The translations under genes were made by a program, and so were the position numbers. Source: Octopus sinensis (Eukaryota). From it: a stretch of DNA of 64,000 nt. The notes under the pieces are model-generated. The model was not told the DNA's origin and did not search any database. It saw only the letters and a program-made list of their open reading frames with translations. The DNA lies in assembly GCF_006345805.1 (NCBI RefSeq), contig NC_043004.1:36828001-36892000 (forward strand). The letters are read 5' to 3'. Position 1 is the stretch's first letter; each line of letters begins with the position of its first letter. Positions 1 through 14,040 of the stretch are shown here, piece by piece.

Positions 1-1019
1 CATTATGCTGGGTTTGGCAAAGTTTTAGCGAATCGATAGTTAAGTTGTAAAGAAGAGAATGAGATAGAAAACTAAAGCGATTGAGAAGGATACCGAAAGA
101 GATAGGAAGCAAAGAGAGGAGAAAGACATAGTTGAAATTAATAGAAATAAATAGAGAATAAAACTATCAGAAAGATGCAATATACTTAAGTCCCCGCATC
201 ACTCATCAATTTTCGAATGTAGCGAAAAATTAAAAGTAAGATTTTCTTAGCATACTTTCTAGAGTAAAAAAAATCCATATTCGATCGCTTACAAGTAGCA
301 CGAATTTCTTTTAATTCTCTTGCCTGGTGGAAGCTGGCTGTAAATAAGAGTTCAGACTTTGTTTTATCAGAGTAGAGTAATGAATCAAAATGCATATTAG
401 CACATCTCCCAAAGAAGAAATACTATAATTATAGTTGCAATCCGACATCACTTTGACTTCCGACTCAAATTAGATATCAGTATTTCAATTGATTATGGGT
501 ATAAATAACTTGCTTGCACATTGATGATTATCGGTTTCCTTTAATGCAACATACGTGATTGGTATATATTTAATTTATTTTCACTAACCCACTGGAACAG
601 TTCGCATTTTTGTTTTAGCTATTAAAATACTTTCAACGATCACTGTAAGATGTCTATAGCCATCCACCTCGTGTGTTAAATGGTATTCAAAACTGTATCC
701 CATAGAGTTGTGCAAATTAAACCAAACTCTTAGAAATGTTCTCTTCCCATGCACAAACAAATGCACATACTCTCTCACTCACCACCACCCACCCACCCTC
801 TCTCTCTTTCTCTATTCTCTCTAGATTTGATTATTAACCTTTTATTTTCTGTAACTTTCAATAAACAGGACAACCGTAAGTGATTCGGAAATTGTTAGTA
901 TTATGCATTGTTACATTCCATTTCAAAGGCACAAACAAGGCGGCATGTAAGTTGTACTATTTACTAGAGCTAAAGAAAGACGTGGCGCCGATTGTTTATA
1001 TGGACATTACAAGGCTCAC

Positions 1020-1079
1020 CTCGCCAAATTGCCATACATGCTCCACATTGAACGGGGTACACTGCTCTACATTCACTAT
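1020..1079 (-). CDS. Candidate internal exon (60 nt), product unknown
   Basis: Minus strand reads tttattctttcccag|ATAGTG...TTTGGCGAG|gtgagc, with strong acceptor and donor. Open in phase 0 (IVNVEQCTPFNVEHVWQFGE) and phase 1 (SECRAVYPVQCGACMAIWR). No homology recognised. Confidence 0.3.
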
Positions 1080-1954
1080 CTGGGAAAGAATAAACCTGCC
1101 GTAGAAGTACAGCATTGCGTGATGGATGAACACCACCTTCTCTCACACCGTATGCAATATTAAGTTATCGATGAAAAACTAGTCAAAACGGGGATTTAAC
1201 ATGTCCTGTTTTACAACATTTACACATCAATGTCATATTTCTTCGGTCAGCATTCAACATAGAAATATTACGTACTTGTAATTTTGCCTCCTACTTCAGT
1301 TTGTTTAAAATCTAATTTTTAAAAAAACCATTAATTAAAAATTTTGGACCGGAGCCGTTGATTTGTGCACCTGCATCAAAAGTCACAATGGCTTTCCAAA
1401 TATTGTTTCTCCAGTTTTATACATTGAATTAATGGCACTAATGAAATATATTGAATTCAGACACCATATTGTGAAGGAAATATTGTATAATAATTATTTT
1501 TCATATATGAAAAGACATTTTGTTGTTTTCGTGAGCTTCATGAAAGAGGAATATTAAAATAAAAATTATTTTAATTCTTATCGTGCAATTCACTGGCAGA
1601 TTCGTGTTGCACAGGAATTGTTACAAATAACTACTTCATGTCACTTCCTGAAACTAAGAACATAGTGAAAACCGTCAACAAGTCTCTGAGGTTGCTGTGT
1701 TGACTTTGCCGGACTTCATTTAACAAATCTAAAATATTCCATCAGAAATTTTTGTCGGTATGTTGTTCGATCTCTTACCACTGACTTCTTTCTGGATGTA
1801 TCCTAACAATATTCTCCAACGAAGTATAACGCATAGGATGATGAGGATTTTGTCTATCATTTAAGCATCATTAGCAAGCGTACGCACACTTTCTTAATGT
1901 CCAAATTCGTTTCGATTAGTCCAAGGTGAACTGCAGTGGATCAAAGATATTCAC

Positions 1955-2037
1955 CTTCGACTGCTTTATTCAACGAGATCTTTTCATACTGACGGCGACA
2001 AAGTGCAATAGAGTAACCACGTCGATGCTCTCTCTTT
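1955..2037 (-). CDS. Candidate internal exon (83 nt), product unknown
   Basis: Minus strand ttgctttttgtttccccaag|AAAGAG...GTCGAAG|gtgaat. Only the phase-2 frame is open (KREHRRGYSIALCRRQYEKISLNKAVE); it is phase-compatible with 1020-1079. Confidence 0.25.
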
Positions 2038-2102
2038 CTTGGGGAAACAAAAAGCAAGAGGACGACTATGTTGTCTTGTTTCCTCAGTTACTGCGAGCCT
2101 CA

Positions 2103-2162
<60 letters not shown>

Positions 2163-2467
2163 TTATACACGTATATATATTGGGTCATCCCATAAATAAT
2201 GCGTTTTGTTTTTCAATTGCATGAACTACATTCATCAACTTGCTATAAAAGCAATACTCCTCGGTTCCAGTGTTGTGGAAGATGTTGCCGGCAAAAGGCA
2301 AAGAACTTGTAACACAACTCGTTTCACCGTTTTAACCATATCGATTGTCCTCTGTCCAAATCAACGTGATTTTGAACTCGAAACGTAGAGTGCTAAAACA
2401 ACTACCGCAAGGGAATTTTGCGTAATGTGTGTGCGTGCGTATGTGCGTGTGTGTGTGTGTACAAATG

Positions 2468-2499
<32 letters not shown>

Positions 2500-4087
2500 T
2501 GGATTTGTACATTTGAAGACAAGAATTCTTGCGCAGGTTTGATCAAACCTGGGACAAAGGAGATGCAAATTGAACTTTTTGCACTGTGCTACAGCCCATA
2601 TGTATGTGTATACATACATGTGTGCATTTTTGTTATACATGCATATATACACACAATGCGCACGCGCATTCATTCAAAAGTACATCCCAAGAAAACTTTT
2701 GGGATTGTTGTTTATTATATAACTACATATATATATCTAACAGGTTATTTAATTATAATTCATTCCCATTATATGAAGTTTATCTGCGGATATACGTAAC
2801 AAAATGAATCACGCAAAATCCTCGCTGGCATCTCTTAGGTTTTTTCTTCCATATAAGAATATTTTCTCTCCTGCATTTCTGTGGTTTAGTATGACTGCAA
2901 CAGCATTACGATTCATATTGATACAATTGCTTCAAGTTTGTCATTAACAACACCAGCACTTGTTATATAAAAAGAACCAATACACTTCATTAGTTTACAC
3001 AGTTTCAGCGAAACATAGTTCCTTATATATCTATTTATCTACGTAACCACCACTGGAACTCCCTAATTACATTTTATTTTCTATAACATTTTGTGAAATG
3101 CATCCTTTTCCGCTAATTTTTATTGCATATTCCTTGGTATTGCTTGTGTCTTATTTAATAGTGAGAGGATTATTTAGGTTGAGTTTATTGAGATATTATA
3201 ATGATATACTAAGTTTATATCAATAATTTAGAAAGACTCTAATAACTCAGAATTATCAAGATTGTGAAATACATTAGCTAAAGTATATTTGGAATTATTT
3301 TCAGGTTCGTATATGACACAATCAGGATACAACTGAAAATTGAAATCAGCTTTGCTGACTGCGAGCAAATCACAATACAATGGACCTTTTCTTCTCAATG
3401 CATTCAAAACACTTATTAGCCAATGTGTAGTTTTGTTTTAAACATTTCAAGTTTGTGCATTTTAGAATAGCTATGTGAGTTACCGATACTTCTTCTAAGG
3501 GCACAAGTTCGTAACCTAGTTTGCCACTCGGATGCAAACTCACCTTAGCTTGAAGCTAATTTCTACAGAACTGCGCTAGTTGTACTCTTCAGAAGAATAG
3601 CTATTTGAATTATGGACACCTTTCCTAAGGGTACCTACGAATTAAGGAAAATTGTCTACAAATGGATTCGAAACTAGGTTGCAAACTCGACTTAGCCTAA
3701 AGCTTATTTCTACAGAACAACGCCATCTATACAACTTAATCTACATCAAGAAGTAATTTAACAAATTTCAGTAAATATTGTTAAAGTAATCTAATTTCTC
3801 CGTTAAATTAAATAATCTATTTTATTCTATAGCGATCGTAATTACACATCGTATAGAATTGGTGTTAACACTTGTATTGCTCAAGAATCATGGAAAACAT
3901 AGCATCTACGAAAATGTTAAGTGTTAATTCTACTATAAATATCTTGCTGAGAAAGTAAAACTTGTCTCTGTTATGTAAAATCAACTAACAGATTTATAGT
4001 TTAAATCCTGTCTTAGTATATTGATTGTTTTAATTAAAGTCATCTGCAATACAGCATTCAACCGATGCATATATTAACAATTGAAAA

Positions 4088-4310
4088 GGTGGCGAGCTGG
4101 CAGAAACGTTAGCGTGCCGGACGAAATGCTTAGCGGTATTTCGTCTGTCGTTACGTTCTGAGTTCAAATTCCGCAGAGGTCGACTTTGCCTTTCATCTTT
4201 TCGGGGTCGATAAATAAAGTACCAGTTTCGCACTGGGGCCGATGTAATCGACTTAATGCCTTTGTCTGTCCTTGTTTGTCCCCTCTATGTTTAGTGGGCA
4301 GTAAAGAAAT
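4088..4310 (+). mobile_element. tRNA-derived SINE, family A (tail type 1)
   Basis: Head GGCGAGCTGGCAGAAACGTTAGC, B-box-like GAGTTCAAATTCC, core GTCGACTTTGCCTTTCATC...GGGGTCGAT, tail TTTGTCTGTCCTTGTTTGTCCCC...GTAAAGAAAT. Recurs at 46061, 46291, 48316 and 50667. Confidence 0.9.
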
Positions 4311-5574
4311 ATATATTAACAAATGAATATTTAAAAAAAATAAAGAACAGCTCCTCATTCTTGCTCATACTACTTGTTCTTTTTATCAATCTTATCTATA
4401 CATTATATACTTTCTTATTCCGATTCATTGTCATCCAATCGCTACAAAATTTACCCTTTCTATTTTTATCCATACTCTCATTAAACACAATGAACCAAAT
4501 CTTAAAATCCATTTGCTTCGACTATCTTCAAGTTCAAATCTCGTCGACGTGAAATTTGTCTTTCATGCTTTCAGTGGGGTGGGAGAATTTTGCGTGTATG
4601 AGCGACTGTCAGTCTTCCTCAGAAACCAATCTTGTCTAGGCCTATCCAGATATACGATACATAATCTACCCTGATCGACGGGGACCATATAAAAATACAA
4701 AGTAATAGTCTCCTCGCAAGAAATGAATACCACAAAATGAAAAGACATATTGTCTCATTAAACCAATCACTTAGCAACTGAAATTAGAGTAATTAGGAAA
4801 AAACGGGTAGCATTAAGGTGTTAGGCTATAAGATAAAGATTTCTTGTATTGGCAGAAGGCCAAAATTTTGGGAGATGGTGGAACATAATCGATTTAATCG
4901 ACTCCAAAATTAATAATAAAAAAGTATCGAAATAACTGCCATTTAGAAATTATCTCAATTTTCTCAAAGCCTCCCTCTAAGTAATTTCATGTCTAACTTT
5001 ATATAATAACATTTTGGAAGAATGGAATTTTGTAATCCAAAGCAATGAAAATTGTAAGGAAACAGCAGTCAGTTTATAATGCCGACGCGTGGTAAAAACA
5101 GCACAGCGTCAAATTAAACGTAGTAAGAGACTATGTTACATTCAATCAAGTTGTGAGATCGACAAAGGCGATACCAAAACAATGGAAACCTCCCACTACC
5201 ACCACCATCGCAGATATACAGAAATCAATAAGGTGGTCACAATAGCCAAAACTAAAGTACTGCGCTAAAGGATTCCTATAAAACACTTTCATATAGAATA
5301 CGTTACGAGTTCAAATAGAGTCAAAATCGATTTTACTTTTCATCCTTCTACAGTCTTTGTTATTCAACCCCGAGCCAAACCTGATAGAAAAGATCTGAAA
5401 TTATAAAAAAAAGGGTCCGGCTTTATTTTCCATATATAGCACCAAGGATTATTACCTGAATTGTGTGTTGCCATATTTTAAGAGAGTTGGGTACACTTTG
5501 AGGAGAATTTAGCTACTTTATTTTCCAAGACATACAATGATGTACAGATGTCTATAGTATTCTAACTATTCGTA

Positions 5575-6265
5575 AAGACCTGACCCGCATAGAAGAGTGG
5601 TCAAAAGGGCAATGGAAAATCCCAAACAATCAACCACCTCCTCTTAATGGATGATTTGAAACTGTACGGCAAACTTGAGACATAAGTGAGTTCCTTTATG
5701 AACACAGTCCACTGTTTTAGTATTGACATTAGAATAGAATTTGGACTCAACAAGTACGGACTAATCTACCTGAAGAGAAGCAAGGTATAGTCCCTAGCAC
5801 GAATAGAATTACCGAATAGAGACTTGATTAAACAAATTGAAACTGATGGATATGAATACCTTGGTGTACTGGAGTTCAACGAGATAATGGAAAAGGAAAT
5901 AAAAAAGCAGCTGAGGATGGAGCATTTACGCTCAAAACTGACGAAAATGATACGTGGGCGAGAGCATCACTTCGGTATGGAGTGAGGATTTTAAAATGAC
6001 AAAAGAGAGAAGTGAAGAAAATGGATACCAAGACCAGAAAATGTTGACAATACACGGAGCATTCCACCCTAAGAGGACACCGATAGACTGTATTTGATGG
6101 GTTCAGCCCATGTACTACGGAAAGCATTCGCCATCTAAAATGGAATAAATGTGGTGATACTTTTAGCATACATAGCAAAACAAAAGTGCTCTTGCTATAC
6201 TTGGCCTCCGGAGGATGCACGGTACCAAGGCGGCTGAAATAAAGCTATAGTGAAAAGAAACTATA
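5575..6265 (+). mobile_element. Degenerate, internally deleted R4/Dong-type non-LTR retrotransposon (RT fragment joined to C-terminal end)
   Basis: Translates with stops and shifts to INHLLLMDDLKLYGK...EFGLNKYG...GYEYLGVLE...LTIHG-FHPK--DRLYL, then directly MGSAHVLRKAFAI*. These match the RT catalytic (YMDD-like) and post-RT motifs and the C-terminus of RLE-type LINEs. Followed by an (AAT)n tail. Confidence 0.85.

Positions 6266-6341
<76 letters not shown>
6266..6341 (+). repeat. (AAT)n microsatellite, tail or target of the upstream LINE
   Basis: Perfect trinucleotide run seen directly. Confidence 0.95.
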
Positions 6342-6342
<1 letters not shown>

Positions 6343-7176
6343 AACTTGATTGTATTAAACAGTTTGATAGGGATCTGCTTTAAAACTGGCTCTCAATCTA
6401 AATTACACGAAAAACATGCCAACGTGAATTGGACTTTCTATTTAAAGCAATGTCTGTCACTCAAGAAGACTCCACAGATCATATCAAAAAATTAAAATAA
6501 TATTTGCAACAAATTATTCCATTAATCCTTAATCCTGTCGGTTATAGAGTTACTAATCACGACGGTGAACAGTGTAAAACACTCGACAAGTCCGTAGTAT
6601 TCAATATTTTCCATAGAAATTAAAAACTGCAGTATAAACCTAATAGCAAACGTAGCTGCTATGAAACCAGTCGCCATTCGTAACAGCTGACAAAGAGTAA
6701 ACATTCCAGCGGGCTTCCAGGGTGTGTCCTGTTTAAACTGACTCGACAGAGTGCTACTTCACATAGCTTTTATCAGGGCGCTCAACCATCTGAGAGGTTT
6801 TAGGTAATTGTAAATTAGTAGCGTATAATACTCATGCAGTTTGTTTTCTGTTTACCCATAAAACGTTGTATCAGGCAGGCTAATCAAAATACAACATGCA
6901 GTGACTGGTACCTAAAGACACGGCTGCCTGTTCAAGGCTCAAGCTGTTATTCTTTCATAACGTGCGGCAATCTCTAGCTGAAACATTAATCTCCAGCTGT
7001 CATAATGCTGCATCGTGTCTCCAACTGCTAAATCATAAAAGTAGGATGACAGGGTTAACCTAAAAGCGGCAGCGGACGTCAAGATCTTCAACAGTGACTA
7101 AATTTAAACACTTTAATTTAAACAGCTTTAATTTATTAAATGTTTAAAATATTGCGAATATATATGCATATCCTTA

Positions 7177-7215
<39 letters not shown>

Positions 7216-7220
<5 letters not shown>

Positions 7221-7527
7221 CATGATCACCGTGACCGACCAGGCTATCAGATGCTGCTACACATCGCTGGTCACAATGCGTTTCGCATTGTTTTAGCCTT
7301 CAAATGACGCCACCCCGCTGGCTAAGTGAGCAGGCCAACAGAAGAAAGAGTGAGAGAAAGTTGTGTCGAAAGAGTACAGCAGGGATCGCCACCACCTCCT
7401 GCCGGAGCCGCGTGGCGCTTTAGGTGTTTTCACTCAATAAACACTCACAACGCCCGGTCTGGGAATCGAAACCGCGATCCTACAACCGCGAGTCCGGTGC
7501 CCTAACTACTGGGCCATTGCGCCTCCA
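7216..7527 (-). mobile_element. tRNA-derived SINE, family D
   Basis: Minus-strand head TGGAGGCGCAATGGCCCAGTAGTTAGGGCACCGGACTCGCGG...GGTTTCGATTCCCAGACCGGG has A-box- and B-box-like motifs. Flanked by (TA)n and (CA)n/(TA)n. Confidence 0.8.
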
Positions 7528-7542
7528 CACACACACACACAC

Positions 7543-8721
<1,179 letters not shown>

Positions 8722-8991
8722 TATATATATATATATATAGTTATGTTATATTCTGTTAACAATGATGTAGAGTACAGTATAAAGCTTGTCTACCTCTAGA
8801 TTTTACCCTGTGCTATCCAGTATTATACGTACTTCTAGATTTGAGTTTGAGTTTCTGTAGCGTGTGAATAGAGAATTGAAAAAGTTTGAGTCAATAAGAT
8901 ATAAGTTGCGTAGAAACAATTGTAGTGATTGTAAATGAATGTTCAAACGTACTCCATGTTGATTCTAACTTTTTCACTTATATATATGCAC

Positions 8992-9028
<37 letters not shown>

Positions 9029-9040
9029 ATATATATATAT

Positions 9041-9202
9041 GCGTCGGAGTGGCTGCGTCGTAAGTAGCTTGCAAACCAACCACATGGTTCCGGATTCAGT
9101 CCTATTGCGTGGCACCTTCGGCAAGTGTCTTCTACTATAGCCTTGGGCCGACCAAAGCTTTGTAAGTGGATTTGGCAGACAGAAACTGAAAGAAGCCCGT
9201 CG
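9041..9202 (+). mobile_element. Duplicated 5' half of SINE family B
   Basis: Matches 9255-9415 except for a 1-nt indel (ACTGAAAGAAG vs ACTGAAGAAG); bounded by (TA)n. Confidence 0.85.
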
Positions 9203-9205
9203 TAT

Positions 9206-9254
<49 letters not shown>

Positions 9255-9257
<3 letters not shown>

Positions 9258-9414
9258 TCGGAGTGGCTGCGTCGTAAGTAGCTTGCAAACCAACCACATG
9301 GTTCCGGATTCAGTCCTATTGCGTGGCACCTTCGGCAAGTGTCTTCTACTATAGCCTTGGGCCGACCAAAGCTTTGTAAGTGGATTTGGCAGACAGAAAC
9401 TGAAGAAGCCCGTC

Positions 9415-9471
<57 letters not shown>

Positions 9472-9480
9472 GATATAGTA

Positions 9481-9555
<75 letters not shown>

Positions 9556-9757
9556 TTTGCATGTGTGTGTATGTTTGTCCCCCAACATCGCTTGACAACT
9601 GATGCTGCAGTGTTTACGACCCCGTAACTTAGCGGTTCGGCGAAAGAGATAGAATAAGAACTAAGCTTACAAAGAATAAGCACTCGGTTCGATTTGCTCG
9701 ACTAAAGGAGGTGCTCCAGCATGGCCGCAGTCAAATGACTGAAACCTGTAAAAGAAT
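9255..9757 (+). mobile_element. Full-length SINE family B with internal (TA)n/(GATA)n microsatellite
   Basis: Head with GGTTCCGGATTCAGTCC, then GGCAAGTGTCTTCTACTATAGCC...GAAGCCCGTCG, a microsatellite, and a 3' half ending CCAGCATGGCCGCAGTCAAATGACTGAAAC. Same architecture on the minus strand at 61391-61788. Confidence 0.85.
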
Positions 9758-12700
9758 CCAAGAATATATCTCTTTTACTTATTTTCCTCCGACGGCTCTG
9801 AACATTGTCCAGACTGAGGATGAATTGAAAAGTAAATATTGTTCCAAGACACCTCTTTGTAGACACTGCAAAACAAACCAATGTGGGTTCCATAAAGCAA
9901 AGTAAACGAGGTCACTCACGCATCACGTGAAATATATATAAAAAACAACATTCAGTCTCTTAAAGCACACTTGTTATCGTATTGCAGTTTATCATATTGC
10001 TCGAGATAAAATATTGCAAGAGACAGGTTTGTCAGAGCCAGAAATGCATGTTCATATATCTGCTCTGACAGGACCAAATTAGGACTAAAAATAACTTGGT
10101 ATTATTGTATCACCCGATAGTGCTTGTACCCAAGACACTTCTATTTCAATATTCCACTCCACATAATTCCTATAAAAATTAAAATATAATAGCATTTTGA
10201 ATTCAGAAAAATGTGACATTAGCTTCCAGTACTCACTTCCAAAACCTCTCGTCTCAGATGTAAATACAGTTGCTATGGTTGTTGCCCGTTAACCATAAAT
10301 ACTGATTACGTATTTAATGAGGTTCATTAAAAAATATTCTTATTTCTTTCATCTCGATATTCCCTTTATTTTCTTTATCATAGATCTACATCATCTATTT
10401 CTAGGAAGGAAGGCATTTCATATATATAGTTATAGTGAAGTACCATAGGATGTTATACAAACTAATCGTTAAATATTATAAGCTGGATTTTAGTCTTGCT
10501 ATGAAACTGGATAACGAAAATATTCAATCTAAAATAAATATTTCCTCTTAGATTCTTGCATCTCGTAAATTTGCGAGAAAATTATTGAAAAACGAAAATG
10601 TATCAGCATTGAGTAGAAATGAGTAGAAATGTTATTTTTTTCTTTATTTTTATAAAAACTGTCCCCAAAACAGAATAAATGATTTAATGAAGCAACTACA
10701 TAATTCTTAAGCAAACATTAATCCTTCTTTTATTCAAATGTTTAGATAGATATCTGTGCGTGTGATTCTGGTTTCATTCCGATTTTCTAATTCAGTGAAG
10801 ATAAGGAAAATGCATTTAAATTTAGGAGAATAATTCCAAATGTTTTGCAGTAAAGTTAAGAATTAGAATATTCGAATTCTGGAAATAATCTAAATGAATT
10901 TTTGTTCCTTCGAAATTATTGGCGTCACAGTCATATTTAAAACCATCTTCTAAACCATACAGAAATGGAGTGTGGGTTGATACTACTTGAGTCTCAAAAT
11001 AACAAAATAAGAAAGAATTTACGGAGTAAATAATATTCAATTCAGATTCGGATTAAAAGATAAAAATCTTTCTTTAGAAATTAAGGGTAAAAAATGTTCC
11101 ACCTAATACTATTTAATGCGATATATTGTTGACGTAAATGACTACAAAAAGCTAAAATGCAAAGGAAAGCAGCAATGACTACCAATGGTGTTGATTATAA
11201 CTCATTGCTATGGAAATTACTTTAAACTAAATTTCAAGCCACTTTCCATTGAAATATCACATTTTACAGACACCTCACGTCTAGGAATATGCTAAAAACT
11301 TGTTTTCGATTACAGACATTAATATCAGATGAAACAAAAACGCATTTTTCTGGTTTAAAAACTGCTTAAACAAACTGAATGTTACCAATATATACACAGA
11401 TGCTTGGATGTGACTAGCTGACATCCGTCGAAATTTGAGGATACCTAATACAATTTTGACCTCCATCAAATCTCAGTAATTTTATATCCTTCATATTGTT
11501 ATAGCTAAAATAGACATGATGCATTTTCTCAGCTTAATACAATGGTAATTCCTTTCTCCTGGTCACGTAAATTTCCAATAACTAATACTCCATAAATACA
11601 CTGAGTCAACAAGAGAGCATCTACGTTGTCGATCGACTTTGCAAGAAATGGCTGCCAAACGTCTCTCTTGCCTACCAGCTTAAGTAAAGGAAATAGTCGT
11701 AGACACTGGTTAGAATTCCACTGAATATTTATTATAAAAATACTATAAATACGTTCTTATACACTTTATATCATCAATATTACATCACAAACGCGACAGT
11801 ATCTGTTATCAGCCCCTACCGTTACTATTATTCAGAAGAAAGAAAATAAAAATTTCCAAACATTTGTAGCGCATTCGATATGTTTCATGAAGCAAATAAA
11901 AAGAGTAAGAATTTGAACTAATCGCATTGAAGAAACTGAGTTTATCGATCCCGTTATTATTTATGTTTCTAAAGCGGTAGAAAAGTTGCATAATTAGCAA
12001 GATATTTGGCATTAAGTTACATATTTTACATTATGTTCGAGGCAGTTCTCTATATTTCTGGTCTTGCTATATATATAATAGTACAAAAGAAAAAGAACAT
12101 TCTTCCCAGGCGAATTCCTCAACCTTGAGCCTACATGCCACAACATATAAGATGTACGAGGATACAGATGAACGAAAAATATCAAACATTTTATTGGAAG
12201 AGAAGTGTATATAGGTAGTCAATTATCATATCAATGGCTGTAGATCATAAGTCTTTGAAGACTAGGCCGGTTTCAGAAGTGATGCATGCAAATACTGAAC
12301 AGGTATGTCTTTGCGATGTAGAAAGCAATACTCTTCGTTATTTTGATTGATTGGTTTTAAATATATAATTAAATCAAATTTTGAAAATTTAATTCGATAA
12401 ATAACAACCAATAGTTAGTTAAATAATAATCTCCGTTGTGCTTCTTCTAGCGCAATCTCTCCGATGTCTGCGAATCTTCCTGACGCTATGAATCCATTGC
12501 ACGATTAATAGAATCTTCTCTATGAGTATGCATTTTTTATAACAAAACTCAGTTTGTATGAATAGAAAACATTTATTGTAATATTCTTTGAAACTGCCAT
12601 ATTAGTAAACAAATGGATTTATTCCTGAACTACCATCCCGATACAAATTCAAATGAAAAGCAATAGAGCAGCTACAAATAAAGAAAAACAATTTGAAATT

Positions 12701-13335
12701 CTTTAGTAGTAATTGAATAGAGTACCAACAGCAAACATGGAAATTCTACGCAAAATTCAGAAGAAATTTGTTCATTTATTTTGAAATTGAAAAGGAAAAT
12801 ATGAACAACTTCTAATTTAAAGAGAAAACGAAAACAAAAAACAAACAAAAATGCACGAGAATCATTGAAAAGAATGTTAACTGCAAAAGAGTATATTCTA
12901 AAAGAATATACACTAGAGGTTTATTGTTTATCGATTTGTATCGAGAGATTTTTCAATACAATCCACATCACGAAGATATATATTGATGCAGTCACACAAT
13001 AATGCATCCATGCATCCAAATATCACTATAACACATAATCTATACAGGATGCTATTCTAAATTAAATTCTAAGCAAATACTTGCTCAAAGGACCATGAAT
13101 AACAAACATAAATATGTAGGCACATGTGGTGGTATATAATTAAAAATACATGTATATAAATTTAGAACATTAAACTTTTTTAAAAATAAAACATAGAAAG
13201 ATGAAACGCGTTGCCTCGTGGGAGACTGCTAGCCTGTAACATTTCGAAAAATCTATCCAAGCGATCATTTGTTCAATATGTTTCAAATTATCTAAATATT
13301 CTTGTTTTAATCATTTAATTTATACTTCTGTTATG

Positions 13336-13349
13336 ATTATTATTATTAC

Positions 13350-13407
<58 letters not shown>

Positions 13408-13420
13408 GTTATTATTATTA
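13336..13420. repeat. (TTA)n microsatellite
   Basis: Seen directly. Confidence 0.95.
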
Positions 13421-13898
13421 GTAGTGGCAGTTTTGTTGTTGTTTTTGGTTTTTTCGATTCTTTTATGAATCATTCTTAGCAATAATGGGTAAATCTAATC
13501 TTGGCAGAGAAAGCAAAATATAAAATGCGTTGCTTGTTGCATATTATTCAGAGAATTATTCCAAAGGGAATCACTATAAATAGGTATACCTAGATAAAAG
13601 AAGTAGAATATGAAGGTATTTCAAGAAAAGATAATCATAGAAAAAGATAAATAACCATTTAAATTGACCTTTATTTAATGATTTTTACTGAATAGGTTGT
13701 CCATGTTGAGTCTTTCGCACATTCAACAAAATAAAAAGATTTTAACAGAATTCAAATACTCATATAATATTGTGTTCACGTGCACACACACACACGCACA
13801 TATATACACACACACACACACACATATATACATAAATACATGCAAACACACATGCATATATATATGTATTAATACATATGTGTGTGTGTGTATGTATG

Positions 13899-13959
<61 letters not shown>

Positions 13960-13972
13960 GCACGTATATATG

Positions 13973-14040
<68 letters not shown>

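Noticed and set aside
186-422. 69-aa minus ORF as terminal exon
   Set aside because: Weak acceptor, no recognisable motif, and phase-incompatible with the preferred reading of the 1020-1079 exon.
3464-3730. Degenerate two-copy tandem of about 130-140 bp
   Set aside because: Visible but old and fragmentary; no further structure or interest.
7440-7527. tRNA gene
   Set aside because: A- and B-box-like motifs are present, but there is no closed acceptor stem and the sequence continues into a SINE body; the same applies at 15600-15674 and 31951-32030.
9780-9866. Minus-strand exon candidate with a strong acceptor (ggtttgttttgcag)
   Set aside because: All three frames are open and the donor is weak, so frame and end cannot be fixed.
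10400-12050. Run of short hydrophobic minus-strand ORFs as a GPCR pseudogene
   Set aside because: Hydrophobic translations are expected from T-rich DNA; no DRY, CWxP or NPxxY motifs were seen.
12420-12510. Mariner-like peptide SGRFADIGEIALEE on the minus strand
   Set aside because: Resemblance is limited to a few residues; no TIRs or DD34D motifs were found nearby.
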